Program-made: the position numbers and the translations under genes
The notes under the pieces: generated by a model
Database searches by the model: none
The model's input: only the letters and a program-made list of their open reading frames with translations
What the model was told of the DNA's origin: nothing
Origin: a virus
Virus record (IMG/VR): IMGVR_UViG_3300020057_000035
Span: 32,001 to 96,000 of that record
Length of the DNA stretch: 64,000 nucleotides
Strand: one strand, 5' to 3'
Shown here: positions 9,407-18,900 of the stretch, piece after piece
Layout: every line of letters begins with the position of its first letter
Position numbering within the stretch: the first letter of the stretch is position 1

Positions 9407-9799
9407 ATGATTGATTTTTTTAATTATGTAGAGAGTGAAGAGTTTTGTTTTTCTCAGAAAGCGCTGTCTATTTTAGATGCAAAAATAGACAGAATATATG
9501 AAGTAGAAGAAGAGTGGTCTAATAAACAGATATTAAATAACTCTCTAATGTGTGATAGAGCAGAAATGCTACTGACACTAAATCATAGAATGCCGGATAA
9601 TTTCGTAGATCCACATGACGAGGCGCTATTATGTTATTTAATACTAATGGGTTATTATAATGATGAAAAATTTATTAATTTGTGTAAATTAATTAGTAGA
9701 AATTATCCTAATTATAAGTTTTCTGTATTGTATTGCGATAGAGTATTACTTAGAAAACTAACTGATTTGATTAGAGAAAAAGATAGGTTATTAAGTTAA
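9407..9799 (+). CDS. Hypothetical protein
   Basis: AAGGA RBS, 130 aa ORF. Confidence 0.6.
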   Translation: MIDFFNYVESEEFCFSQKALSILDAKIDRIYEVEEEWSNKQILNNSLMCDRAEMLLTLNHRMPDNFVDPHDEALLCYLILMGYYNDEKFINLCKLISRNYPNYKFSVLYCDRVLLRKLTDLIREKDRLLS

Positions 9800-9800
9800 C

Positions 9801-10898
9801 ATGAGCAATATGCGAAGCAAAGAAGAATCTGGTCTTAAAAGATTAAAAGTACCAACACATGTAGATCTGGAATTATTCAATAAATTAAAAGAAGAAGATT
9901 TATTAAGATCTCAAAAACACCCAATATATCCAATATCTATATGGAACTATACACAAAAAGTACAATTTGAAAAATTATGGACAGAAGAGACAATGATGGC
10001 TCGTGGTTTAGTTTTAGATAATATTACTGGTGAGATTTTAGCTAGACCATTTAAGAAGTTTTTTAATTTTGAGGAGCACTTCGGCCCACTTCCAGACGGA
10101 CCTTTCGACGTATGGGAGAAAAAAGATGGATCTTTGTTTATTTTGTTTCATTGGAGTGGTGGATGGATTGGGGCTACTAAAGGATCATTTGCTTCTGAAC
10201 AAGCCGTTGAAGGTATGAAAATTCTTATTGAAAAATATTCTGATACAATAGAAAAATTAAATAAAAAATCTACTTTTCTATTTGAAATTATATATCCAGA
10301 AAACAGAATAGTGCTTGATTATGGTAGTGTTAGAGATTTAATATTTCTTGCGGAAATAGAAACTAAAAGTGGTTTAGAATTAGGACCAGATACTTATTAT
10401 GGTTTTCCTATACCAGAATTCTTTGGTAAATTAGGAAGTAAAGAAAACCCATTAGATTTAAAGCTATTAGAAGTACCAAACAAAGAAGGCTTTGTTATTA
10501 AGTATACTTCCGGCCTAAGATTGAAACTTAAATTTGACGAGTACATTAGATTACACAAAGTAATGACAGGATTTACTGAGCGTAATGTTTGGGAATCTTT
10601 AATGCGTGGCGGCAGAGAAGAGTTAAATAGAGTTATTGATAGAGTACCGGACGAATTTTTCCTCTGGATAAATGAAGTGGCAACAAAATTAGAAATAAAA
10701 TTTAATGAAATAGAATCTACATCAATAAAAGATATGGTATTCATGCCAGAAGACACACGAGCAATACAGGCTGCATATATTAAAGACACAAAGTATCCAC
10801 GTATATTATTTGCTATGTTAGACTCAAAACCATACGCAGAAGGAATTTGGAAAATGATTCGACCTGTCTCCACGGAAGTTTTTCGCCTTGTGATATAA
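9801..10898 (+). CDS. T4 Rnl1-type RNA ligase
   Basis: ARPFKKFFN, motif I EKKDGS, FEII, motif IV EGFV, motif V LKLK. Confidence 0.9.
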   Translation: MSNMRSKEESGLKRLKVPTHVDLELFNKLKEEDLLRSQKHPIYPISIWNYTQKVQFEKLWTEETMMARGLVLDNITGEILARPFKKFFNFEEHFGPLPDGPFDVWEKKDGSLFILFHWSGGWIGATKGSFASEQAVEGMKILIEKYSDTIEKLNKKSTFLFEIIYPENRIVLDYGSVRDLIFLAEIETKSGLELGPDTYYGFPIPEFFGKLGSKENPLDLKLLEVPNKEGFVIKYTSGLRLKLKFDEYIRLHKVMTGFTERNVWESLMRGGREELNRVIDRVPDEFFLWINEVATKLEIKFNEIESTSIKDMVFMPEDTRAIQAAYIKDTKYPRILFAMLDSKPYAEGIWKMIRPVSTEVFRLVI

Positions 10899-10908
10899 TA
10901 AAATAAAA

Positions 10909-11779
10909 GACCAAGAAGGTATATATTAATAGAAGATGGACTACTCACACATCTTTATTAAAACAAAATAAACACCATTCTATTATTCTTCAAAGGGCTT
11001 ATAATAAATATGGTGGAGAAAATTTTAAGTTAGAAATAATTGAAGAGTGCACAAAAGAAGAACTAAAAGACAGAGAACAAGAGTATTTAAACTACCAGAT
11101 TGGTAAATATAATATTTCTATTGATGCAGGTAACGGAATGAGGGGCAGACATCATTCAGATGAAACAAAAGCTAAAATAGGTAAAGCACATGCTGGTAAA
11201 ATTATGTCAGAGGATGCGCGAGAAAAAATAAGTAAGGCGGGTATTGGCAGACTAATATCAGAGGAAACACGGGAAAAATTAAGAAACAGAATAATCACAG
11301 AGGAAACACGGGAAAAATTAAGAATGGCAGGTATTGGGAGAGTGTGGACAGAAGAATCTAAAGCACTAATGAGTAAAAACTGCTGGCGCGGACCCCGCAC
11401 AGAAGAAGCTAAAGAAAAAATAAAAATAGCACAAACCGGTAAAACACGCACAGAGGAATGCAAGGCTAACATAAGTAAGGCAAATACTGGTAACATACAT
11501 ACAGAAGAAACTAAAGCTAAAATGAGAGGTAGAGTTGTCTCAGAAGAAACACGAGAAAAAATAAGAAAAAGTCTTCTTGGTAAACCACACACTGAGGAAA
11601 GAAAACTAAATATAAGTAAAAGTAAAAAAGGCATGTTGCTTACGGAAGAACATAAAGAAAAACTAAGTGCGTCCTGCTTAGGTAAGATTCATACAGACGA
11701 AGCTAAAGCAAAAATGAGCAAAAGTAAAAGAATAAGACGCTTATTAGAAATAAAAAATATTCCTTATCAAGAAAAGTAG
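10909..11779 (+). pseudogene. GIY-YIG homing endonuclease lacking the YIG segment; NUMOD3 repeat ORF (11138-11779) intact
   Basis: GIY then TAA at 10927; other frame reads RRWTTH...LQRAYNKYG...REQEYL into many HSEETKAKI-type repeats. Confidence 0.8.
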
Positions 11780-11789
11780 AGAATTAAAA

Positions 11790-12074
11790 GTGGAATTTTA
11801 CTGGAAAAGAAAAGAATGGTCTATATTAAAAACTAATTTAGTAAATATTTTAGTTGCTCCAGATAATAGATATTTATTAATTGTTGATAAAGATACTGAA
11901 ATTGCATGGCTTCCAACATATCTTAATATCCAAAAAGAAATAATAGAACTATTCGTACAACGCGAAAAAGATCCAAAAACTTTCTCAAAAGAACAAAGCG
12001 ATAAACTTTTAGAATTTGCGAAATATACATTACTTTGTACAAATTTACCTCTTTACAACGAGAAAGAAATGTGA
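11790..12074 (+). CDS. Hypothetical protein
   Basis: ORF; shares a ~60-bp segment with 12341-12400. Confidence 0.5.
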   Translation: MEFYWKRKEWSILKTNLVNILVAPDNRYLLIVDKDTEIAWLPTYLNIQKEIIELFVQREKDPKTFSKEQSDKLLEFAKYTLLCTNLPLYNEKEM

Positions 12075-12197
12075 TACAATAAATAAACAATCTAACTGTG
12101 ATGTAGAGGTAATATATTTGCTTTGGGCGCAAACAGGCGTTGCCTTTAGTAGTGGAAGCAATTCACACAGTTCCATAAAGTTTAATGGAAATCAAAA

Positions 12198-12437
12198 ATG
12201 AAAACTTTTCTTTTCAATATATATAAAACGACAGCAGAAGTAGCTGAAACAGAAGTTAAAGCAAAAGACGAAAATGAGGCTTGGGAAATTTTTGTTTCGC
12301 AAGATTTAGGAACATTTACATGGAAGCTATTAAATACAGAAATAGAACTATTCGTACAACGCGAAAAAGATCCAAAAACTTTTTCAAAAGAACAAAGCGA
12401 GATCAAAAATGAAAACTTTTCTTTTCAATATATATAG
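12198..12437 (+). CDS. Small protein, chimeric duplicate of the following gene
   Basis: First 49 aa nearly identical to the 12409 ORF, tail copied from the 11790 ORF. Confidence 0.6.
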   Translation: MKTFLFNIYKTTAEVAETEVKAKDENEAWEIFVSQDLGTFTWKLLNTEIELFVQREKDPKTFSKEQSEIKNENFSFQYI

Positions 12438-12585
12438 GACAACAACAGAAGTAGCTGAAACAGAAGTTGAAGCAAAAGACGAAGATGAGGCTTGGGAAAT
12501 TTTTGTTTCCCAAGATGTAGGAACATTTACATGGAAGCTATTAAATACAGAAATAGATAGAGAAGAGATCATAGATGAATACTAA
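12409..12585 (+). CDS. Small acidic protein (58 aa)
   Basis: MKTFLFNIYRTTTEVAETEVEAKDEDEAWEIF...; stop abuts thioredoxin start. Confidence 0.65.
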   Translation: MKTFLFNIYRTTTEVAETEVEAKDEDEAWEIFVSQDVGTFTWKLLNTEIDREEIIDEY

Positions 12586-12888
12586 ATGGTAATAGAAGAT
12601 ATCGTAAAGTTAAATGATTTAGTTATGGTAGATTTTTGGGCACCTTGGTGTGGGCCTTGTAAAACAATAAGTCCAATATTAGATGAAATAGAAAAAGAAA
12701 ACAGTAATATTACAGTAGTAAAAATAAATATAGATGAAAATTCAGAAATGCCAACAAAATTTGGCATAAGATCTTTACCATCAGTAATATTTTTCAAAAG
12801 AGGTAGTATAGATCCAATCGCTATGATGAGTGGAGCACAACCAAAAGCAAAGTTTTTGAATAAAATAACTTCAATATTATATGCTTAG
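12586..12888 (+). CDS. trxA: Thioredoxin
   Basis: VDFWAPWCGPCK active site. Confidence 0.95.
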   Translation: MVIEDIVKLNDLVMVDFWAPWCGPCKTISPILDEIEKENSNITVVKINIDENSEMPTKFGIRSLPSVIFFKRGSIDPIAMMSGAQPKAKFLNKITSILYA

Positions 12889-12979
12889 TATAGGAACTAC
12901 TTTTAGTGGTATTGGTGCTCCAGAGCAGGCATATAAACAGCTAGGAAGTACTATGACCCGGTTGGGCAGGGCAAGTTAG
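12881..12979 (+). pseudogene. N-terminal remnant of a C5-cytosine methyltransferase
   Basis: MLSIGTTFSGIGAPEQAYKQLG (motif I), cut by the GC-rich island. Confidence 0.7.
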
Positions 12980-13245
12980 ACTTGGGATAGGGGTGATTAG
13001 CTCAGTCGGCTAGAGCACCTCCTTTACACGGAGGGGGTCGGGGGTTCGAGTCCCTCATCGCCCACCAGACTCCCTCAATTGGCGTAGGCCGGACGTTCGA
13101 GCTTGCCTCGGTGCTCGCTGCCTTCTCGGCGGAAGTAGTCGCGCCAGGCCCGCACGCTGGACCAAACACCGGTGCTGACCAGCGGAATCGGTGCGTGGAG
13201 CGTCAGCCCCAGTCGTTCCGCATTCGCGAACGCCCGCATTACGCA
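12953..13245. other. GC-rich foreign (host-like) DNA island
   Basis: Abrupt rise in GC; holds tRNA-Val and the 3' end of a convergent ORF. Confidence 0.8.
12991..13067 (+). tRNA. tRNA-Val(TAC), fully canonical bacterial type
   Basis: GGGTGAT/ATCGCCC, CCTCC-TTTACAC-GGAGG, GGTTCGAGTCC, ACCA. Confidence 0.97.
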
Positions 13246-13660
13246 ATGTTGATGTGGTTGCTGGAGTAGATGATATTTATTGTGGATTAAGCACAAAAGT
13301 AGAAACATATGATAATGGAGATGTACTTCCTGCTTATGTTCACTATTTAGAAGAGCAGTGGAAATCTTGACAAAGACTGATGTTTTTGGTACACTACGTT
13401 TAGAGATAAGCATGAATAGAGAAAAAGTTTTAGTTTGGATAAAAACATTAGAGAGTGAAAAATATACACAAATAGATTTAATAAAAAGAAAAAATCTATC
13501 GAAAAAATAAAAGCCTTCGGAGAAAAATCCACTATTTAATATTATAAATATTAAACAAGATGTTTCGATGATAAGGAGAAAAACACATAGCAGTAAATGA
13601 TGCAATTAGACAAGCTGTTATGGTACAAGAGGCAATGACATATTTAAGGAAGATTAGAAA

Positions 13661-14134
13661 GTGAACACTATACCAAAAATAGATATTCCGAAAAAAGAAA
13701 AGTATGAATGGAATGAAGAATCAATAGCTACAGATAAATTAATGATAGCTAATATAATTTCTGAATTTACTCTAAAAGGAGATTTCACTTTATCTAATGG
13801 TGGAACCTCTGATACATATATAGATTTAAGAGCAGCTATTTTAACACACCCAAGATTTATAGGAAAATATATGAATTACATGGTTGGACCAGATAGTTAT
13901 CCAGTAGGAACAGGGGCTGGTGGGGCATTACTTCTTGGAGTAATGCAAAGAGAGGGGTTTTTATGGAATCCTAAGCCACATGGTATTGAGTGGAGTCCGC
14001 AACCTAAAGAAGGAATGAAAGTAGTTCTAGTAGACGATGTTCACACAACAGGTAATACAATAAAAAACCTTAGAGAAGCGTGTAAGAAACAGAAACTTAA
14101 TGTGATAAAAGAAATTGTACTTTACAGACGGTAG
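13661..14134 (+). CDS. Orotate phosphoribosyltransferase-like protein
   Basis: GDFTLSNGGTSDTYIDLR; PRPP loop VVLVDDVHTTGNT. Confidence 0.85.
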   Translation: MNTIPKIDIPKKEKYEWNEESIATDKLMIANIISEFTLKGDFTLSNGGTSDTYIDLRAAILTHPRFIGKYMNYMVGPDSYPVGTGAGGALLLGVMQREGFLWNPKPHGIEWSPQPKEGMKVVLVDDVHTTGNTIKNLREACKKQKLNVIKEIVLYRR

Positions 14135-14632
14135 AGAATTCAATACATTATATAGACAACAGTGCTTCACAAGAAGGGATGGAATGATATACTGTAAGTA
14201 CATAATATTTAATTCACTGGTTAATAAGTGATGTCAGAATCAGGGTGGTTTTGGTTTATTATAACTTCCGCATTCATTGTTTGGTTAGAAAATATAAGTA
14301 TATATTTTGAAAATCGTCAATGTAATGAATGCAGAAGTTACAGAACTGAAGAATTAAATACAGAATTAAAGTGTTGGAATTGCGGTTCCACAAGAGAAAG
14401 AGGAAAAAGTAAATGGTTGAATTGGTAAGAGAAGAAATAATTCTTGATCGTAGAATAAGTCCTGTAACAAGAGAATCTATTATCGAAATAAAACGCCCCA
14501 TAGAGCATGAAATACTATCTACATTGGTTGTTTGCATAGTGAGTTTTATTACAGGTGTAGTTTCAGGTGTATTTTTCTTTTAGGGACTCTCAGCGCGTTC
14601 CTACTGCGTTCTAGAGGCATTCTAAGAGCAGC

Positions 14633-15448
14633 ATGACTATAAAGGTGGAGCTTCTTGATAGTATGGGGACAGACCTTGATCTTGTAAACTCAGCAAGAGT
14701 TTCTTATAACAAAGAATCTACTATGAATTTAGATTCTAGTTGGGAATTTCTTAAAGACATTGATTCCAGGTATCTTAATTGGGATGCTGTATTTAGAGAT
14801 TATGGCTCATTAACAAAAAGAGATATAGGGATATCTAATTCATTATCTGCTAATGGTCACACTAGTCCCTCTGAACAAATAGAGTTTAGATTTAGAATAG
14901 AATGTCCTATTAGTGTAGCTAGAGAGATATTTAGAACTAGAATTGCTGAATACAATGAGATTAGTGCTAGATATACTAAAATGCCTAATGAATTTTATTT
15001 GCCTTTACCTGAGCATGTAAGAAGACAGACAGGTAAAGCGATGTCTTATACATTCGAATCAGTAGATAGTGAAAAAGCGGAAAGATTTATTGAAGAACTT
15101 GACAACATGTATAAGATAATGTATACTTTCTATGAACGATGGACAGAGGAAGAAGGATTAGCTAAAGAGTTAGTTCGTAATGTTTTACCTGTTGGTATGA
15201 TGACTAAATTTATCATGAAACTTAATTTACATAGTTTATTTAATTTTCTAGATTTGCGCTCTTCTGATCTAAATAGTGATTCTGGAGTAACTAATGCTTC
15301 TCAAGCTTTGTTGGAAATACGAATGGTAGCTGATGAAATGGAAAAACTAGCTACACCTATTGCTCCTATAGCGTTTGCTGGTTGGAGGAAAAGAAAAGCG
15401 CAATGGAATGAATTTTTAGAATGGAAAAAATCACAAGTAAATGTATAA
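14633..15448 (+). CDS. thyX: Flavin-dependent thymidylate synthase
   Basis: NSARVSY, GHTSPSE, RTR-X7-SARY (variant of RHR-X7-SXR), AKELVRNVLP. Confidence 0.9.
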   Translation: MTIKVELLDSMGTDLDLVNSARVSYNKESTMNLDSSWEFLKDIDSRYLNWDAVFRDYGSLTKRDIGISNSLSANGHTSPSEQIEFRFRIECPISVAREIFRTRIAEYNEISARYTKMPNEFYLPLPEHVRRQTGKAMSYTFESVDSEKAERFIEELDNMYKIMYTFYERWTEEEGLAKELVRNVLPVGMMTKFIMKLNLHSLFNFLDLRSSDLNSDSGVTNASQALLEIRMVADEMEKLATPIAPIAFAGWRKRKAQWNEFLEWKKSQVNV

Positions 15449-15776
15449 TTATAAAGCAGAGATATTGAGAGTTGTCGATGCCGACACCCTTCGTATCCGG
15501 TGCGATCTTGGGTTAAATATATTCACAGATGTTACTGTAAGATTATGGGGTATTGATGCTCCAGAACTATCTACAGTAGATGGAAAAGCAGCTAAGGCAT
15601 TTGTAGAATCTATGTGTCCTGTAGGATCTATTGTAGAAATAGAAACTATTAAAGACAAAAGAGAGAAATACGGACGGTATCTAGTGCGGGTTTACGTTCA
15701 ACCTGCGTTATTTTCTAAGTCGTTGAATACTATTTTAGTAGATAATGGACATGCGATTTATAGAAATTTTAAATAA
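15441..15776 (+). CDS. Thermonuclease (SNase) family nuclease
   Basis: VVDADT, VRLWGIDAPE, EKYGRYL. Confidence 0.9.
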   Translation: MYNYKAEILRVVDADTLRIRCDLGLNIFTDVTVRLWGIDAPELSTVDGKAAKAFVESMCPVGSIVEIETIKDKREKYGRYLVRVYVQPALFSKSLNTILVDNGHAIYRNFK

Positions 15777-15855
15777 GTAAATATATACAACAACAATAAT
15801 ATATATTACTAAAAAGAGACAATAATAAAGCTATTTTAGATGTAAAATTAAGTAA

Positions 15856-15875
15856 TGGCCCGCGATATCGGGCCA
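15856..15875. terminator. GC hairpin upstream of the RNR gene
   Basis: TGGCCCG-CGATAT-CGGGCCA in AT-rich spacer. Confidence 0.45.
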
Positions 15876-15903
15876 ATTTAGATCAGATTAATAAGGAAAA
15901 TAA

Positions 15904-18900
15904 ATGAAAACTGTAGATATTAAGTTAGGTGATTTTGAAAAAAAGGGAATATCAGCTCCAGATAGTTGGAGTGAAAAAGCAATAGGAATTGCAGCTAGAA
16001 TATATATGACACCAGATGAATATTCTATATATGATTTAATTGATAGAGTAGTAAATAGAATAGTAGAAACTGGTGAAAGATTAAATTATTTTCCTCAAGT
16101 CATCAAAAAAGAAGAGTTTAAATATAAATTAAGAGACATATTATTAGATCAAAAAGCAGCGTTTAATACACCAGTATGGTGTAACGTTGGTGTTCCACAC
16201 AGAGATGAACAATCATGGGCTTGTATTCAATATGATACTAGAATGCTCACTAATAGGGGACTGGAGAAAATAGGAGAAATAGAAAACCTAAATAGACTGT
16301 TTTATACTCCTAATGGATGGTCCGATGGTTTTTCTTGGAAAACAGGTACTAAAAAAACAATAAATATATCCTTATCTAACGGAATGAATATTACTACCAC
16401 ACTAGATCATAAGTTTGTAGTAGGAGAAGCATTAGAAGAAGCGCAGTTTTTAAATAATTTTAAACTTGAGCCTTTTTTAGGAAAAGGAAATTGGATTAAT
16501 GGAAACGATTTAGATTTGTCTTTCATAGAATTAACTAAATTGGGATACATACAAGGAGACGGATGCGTTAGTAATGAGGGGTGGGTTGGTTATTTCGGAG
16601 AGAAAGACAACGACGTTAGGGACTTTTTCGGAAACGAAGAAGGAACAATAAGATCATCTCAAGAAACTGGAATTTATTTTGGAAAATATACATCTCTCAA
16701 TAAAGCGGCGGATTTATTAGGTTTAGAAAGAGTCTCGTTGCCAAATAGAGATCTTCCTAAAAATTCTTTTACTTTAACACCAGAAGGCATGGCTGCTTTT
16801 CTTAGAGGACTATATAGCGCTAATGGATACGTGTTGGTTGATAAGAAAAATGCATCTAGGATATCCCTTAAGACGACTTCTATTTCTCTCGCTATAAACA
16901 CTCAAAGAATGTTATTAGCCTTGGGAATTAGATCTTCTGTAAATTCAAAGAAATCAAAAAATATAATTTGGAAAAACGGAGAATATATATCTAAAAAAGC
17001 TTACGAGCTTAATATTTTATCTAATGAATATAAGGAAAAATTTCAAGAATTAATTGGATTTATTCATGAATATAAAAATAATAAAATAAATACTGCTTTA
17101 TCCACTACTAAGAGAGAATCACGATATATTAAAATACCAGTAGTTATAAATATCGAAGAGATGGAAGAACAAGAGGTTTACGATTTTAACGTAAAGGATA
17201 ATTCTCATGTTGGGTGGGCAAATGGGTTTGCTGTTCATAACTGCCTGATCCTTGATGTAAAGGATAGTATGAAATCTATCGAAGAAGGGTGGCTTATAGA
17301 ATCTAAAACATTTCAAGGTGGAAGTGGAAGCGGTGTGAATGTTAGTAAGATTAGAGCAGATGGAGAACCTATAGTAGGTGGTGGATATGGAAGTGGACCT
17401 ATTTCACTATGGATGCGCCCCACAGACTCTATAGCTGGTGTAGTAAAATCTGGCGGGAAGTGTCTTGCTGGAAATCAAAAAGTCTATACAAATAATGGTC
17501 CAAAAGAAGTTAAAGAATTAGCAGATTCTAATGAGAAATTTATTGTTTTATCTTATGATCCTCCAGCTAAAAGATATAAAGCTAAATGGGCTTCGGCATG
17601 GAAAAGTGGACAAAAAGAAGTAATAAGAATAACTACAGATAAAGGATATTTTGATCTTTCTTATGATCATCCTATACGTTTATCTGATACTACAGTAGTT
17701 AAAACAGAAGATTTAGTAGTTGGGCAATCTTTATTTGCTTGTTCTATAGATGAATCAGAAGGATATGTTCGTGTTCATTTAAGGGATGGAAAAAAAGGAA
17801 AAGAAAAACTACATAGATTATTAGCTAAAGATATATTAAATGAAAAAATTGATGGAATGTCAGTTCATCATTTAGATTGTAATAAAACAAATAATTCTTT
17901 ACATAATATCGCAGTTCTTACTCAAAAGGAACATTCTGCAATACACGCTACTATGCAAGTAGAAAATAATTCTCATGTTTTTCAAATATCTACTTTTTCT
18001 CATGCAGGAATAGATAATGGAATGCATTCTTCAGGAACTTTTTGGAGCAATGAAGAAAAAGCTAAAGAATTTAGAAAGAAAAAATCTGAAGAGCTACTAA
18101 CTAGGGGTGATGCTGCTAATATGCAAAAAACAGCAGTTAAACAAAAAATGATTAATACTGGATTTAAATTAATTAATTTAGGTTGTGATATATCTACATT
18201 TGATAGCTATGTTTCTGCTAGAAAAACTAATATTGGACCATTAGGGTGTTCCACTAAAAAAATAGAAGAAAAATTTATAAATCAATTCGGAGGATACAAT
18301 AATTATATAAAAGAATTATCCAACCTTAATCATAGAGTAGTTTCTATAGAGTCTCTTGGTATTATGGATGTTTATAGTGTTGAAGTAGAGTGTCCAACTT
18401 TAGACGATAAAACATCTGAGTCTGGGCATAATTTCGTTATTTGGTCTAATGCTTCTGATAGTGTTTATGGAAGTGGAATAGTTGTATTTAATACACGTAG
18501 AGCTGCCAAATTAATTTGTATGGATGTTGATCATCCAGAAATAATGGATTTTATTAAATTAAAAGCAAAAGCAGAAAAAATGGCTAGAGATTTACTTAAT
18601 CTTGATTATGATATTTCGATGACTGGTAAAGACTCAGCTAATATACCGTTTCAAAATGCAAATAATAGCGTCAGAGTAACTGATAAATTTATGAATGCAG
18701 TAGAAAATGACTTAGATTGGGAAACCACATATAGAACAACAGGCGAGGTAGCGAAGACATATAAAGCGAGAGATTTATGGTATGAAATAGCAAAAGCTTC
18801 GTGGGACTGCGGTGATCCAGGACTCCAGTTTCATGATACTACTAACGCTATGAATAGTTGTTTGAATGACGGAGAAATAGTAGCAAGTAACCCGTGCGTT

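Noticed and set aside
10397-11634. Long antisense ORFs (10397-10948, 11152-11634) and similar shadows elsewhere
   Set aside because: Mirror frames of real genes with no motifs or RBS
12192-12556. Diversity-generating retroelement template/variable repeat pair
   Set aside because: No reverse transcriptase in the window and the pattern fits a simple duplication
12991-13067. tRNA-Val as attP or prophage boundary
   Set aside because: Phage-like AT-rich genes continue on both sides, the whole tRNA plus both flanks is present, and no integrase is in the window
13075-13605. 176-aa - strand ORF
   Set aside because: Chance fusion of antisense AT-rich sequence with the captured gene fragment
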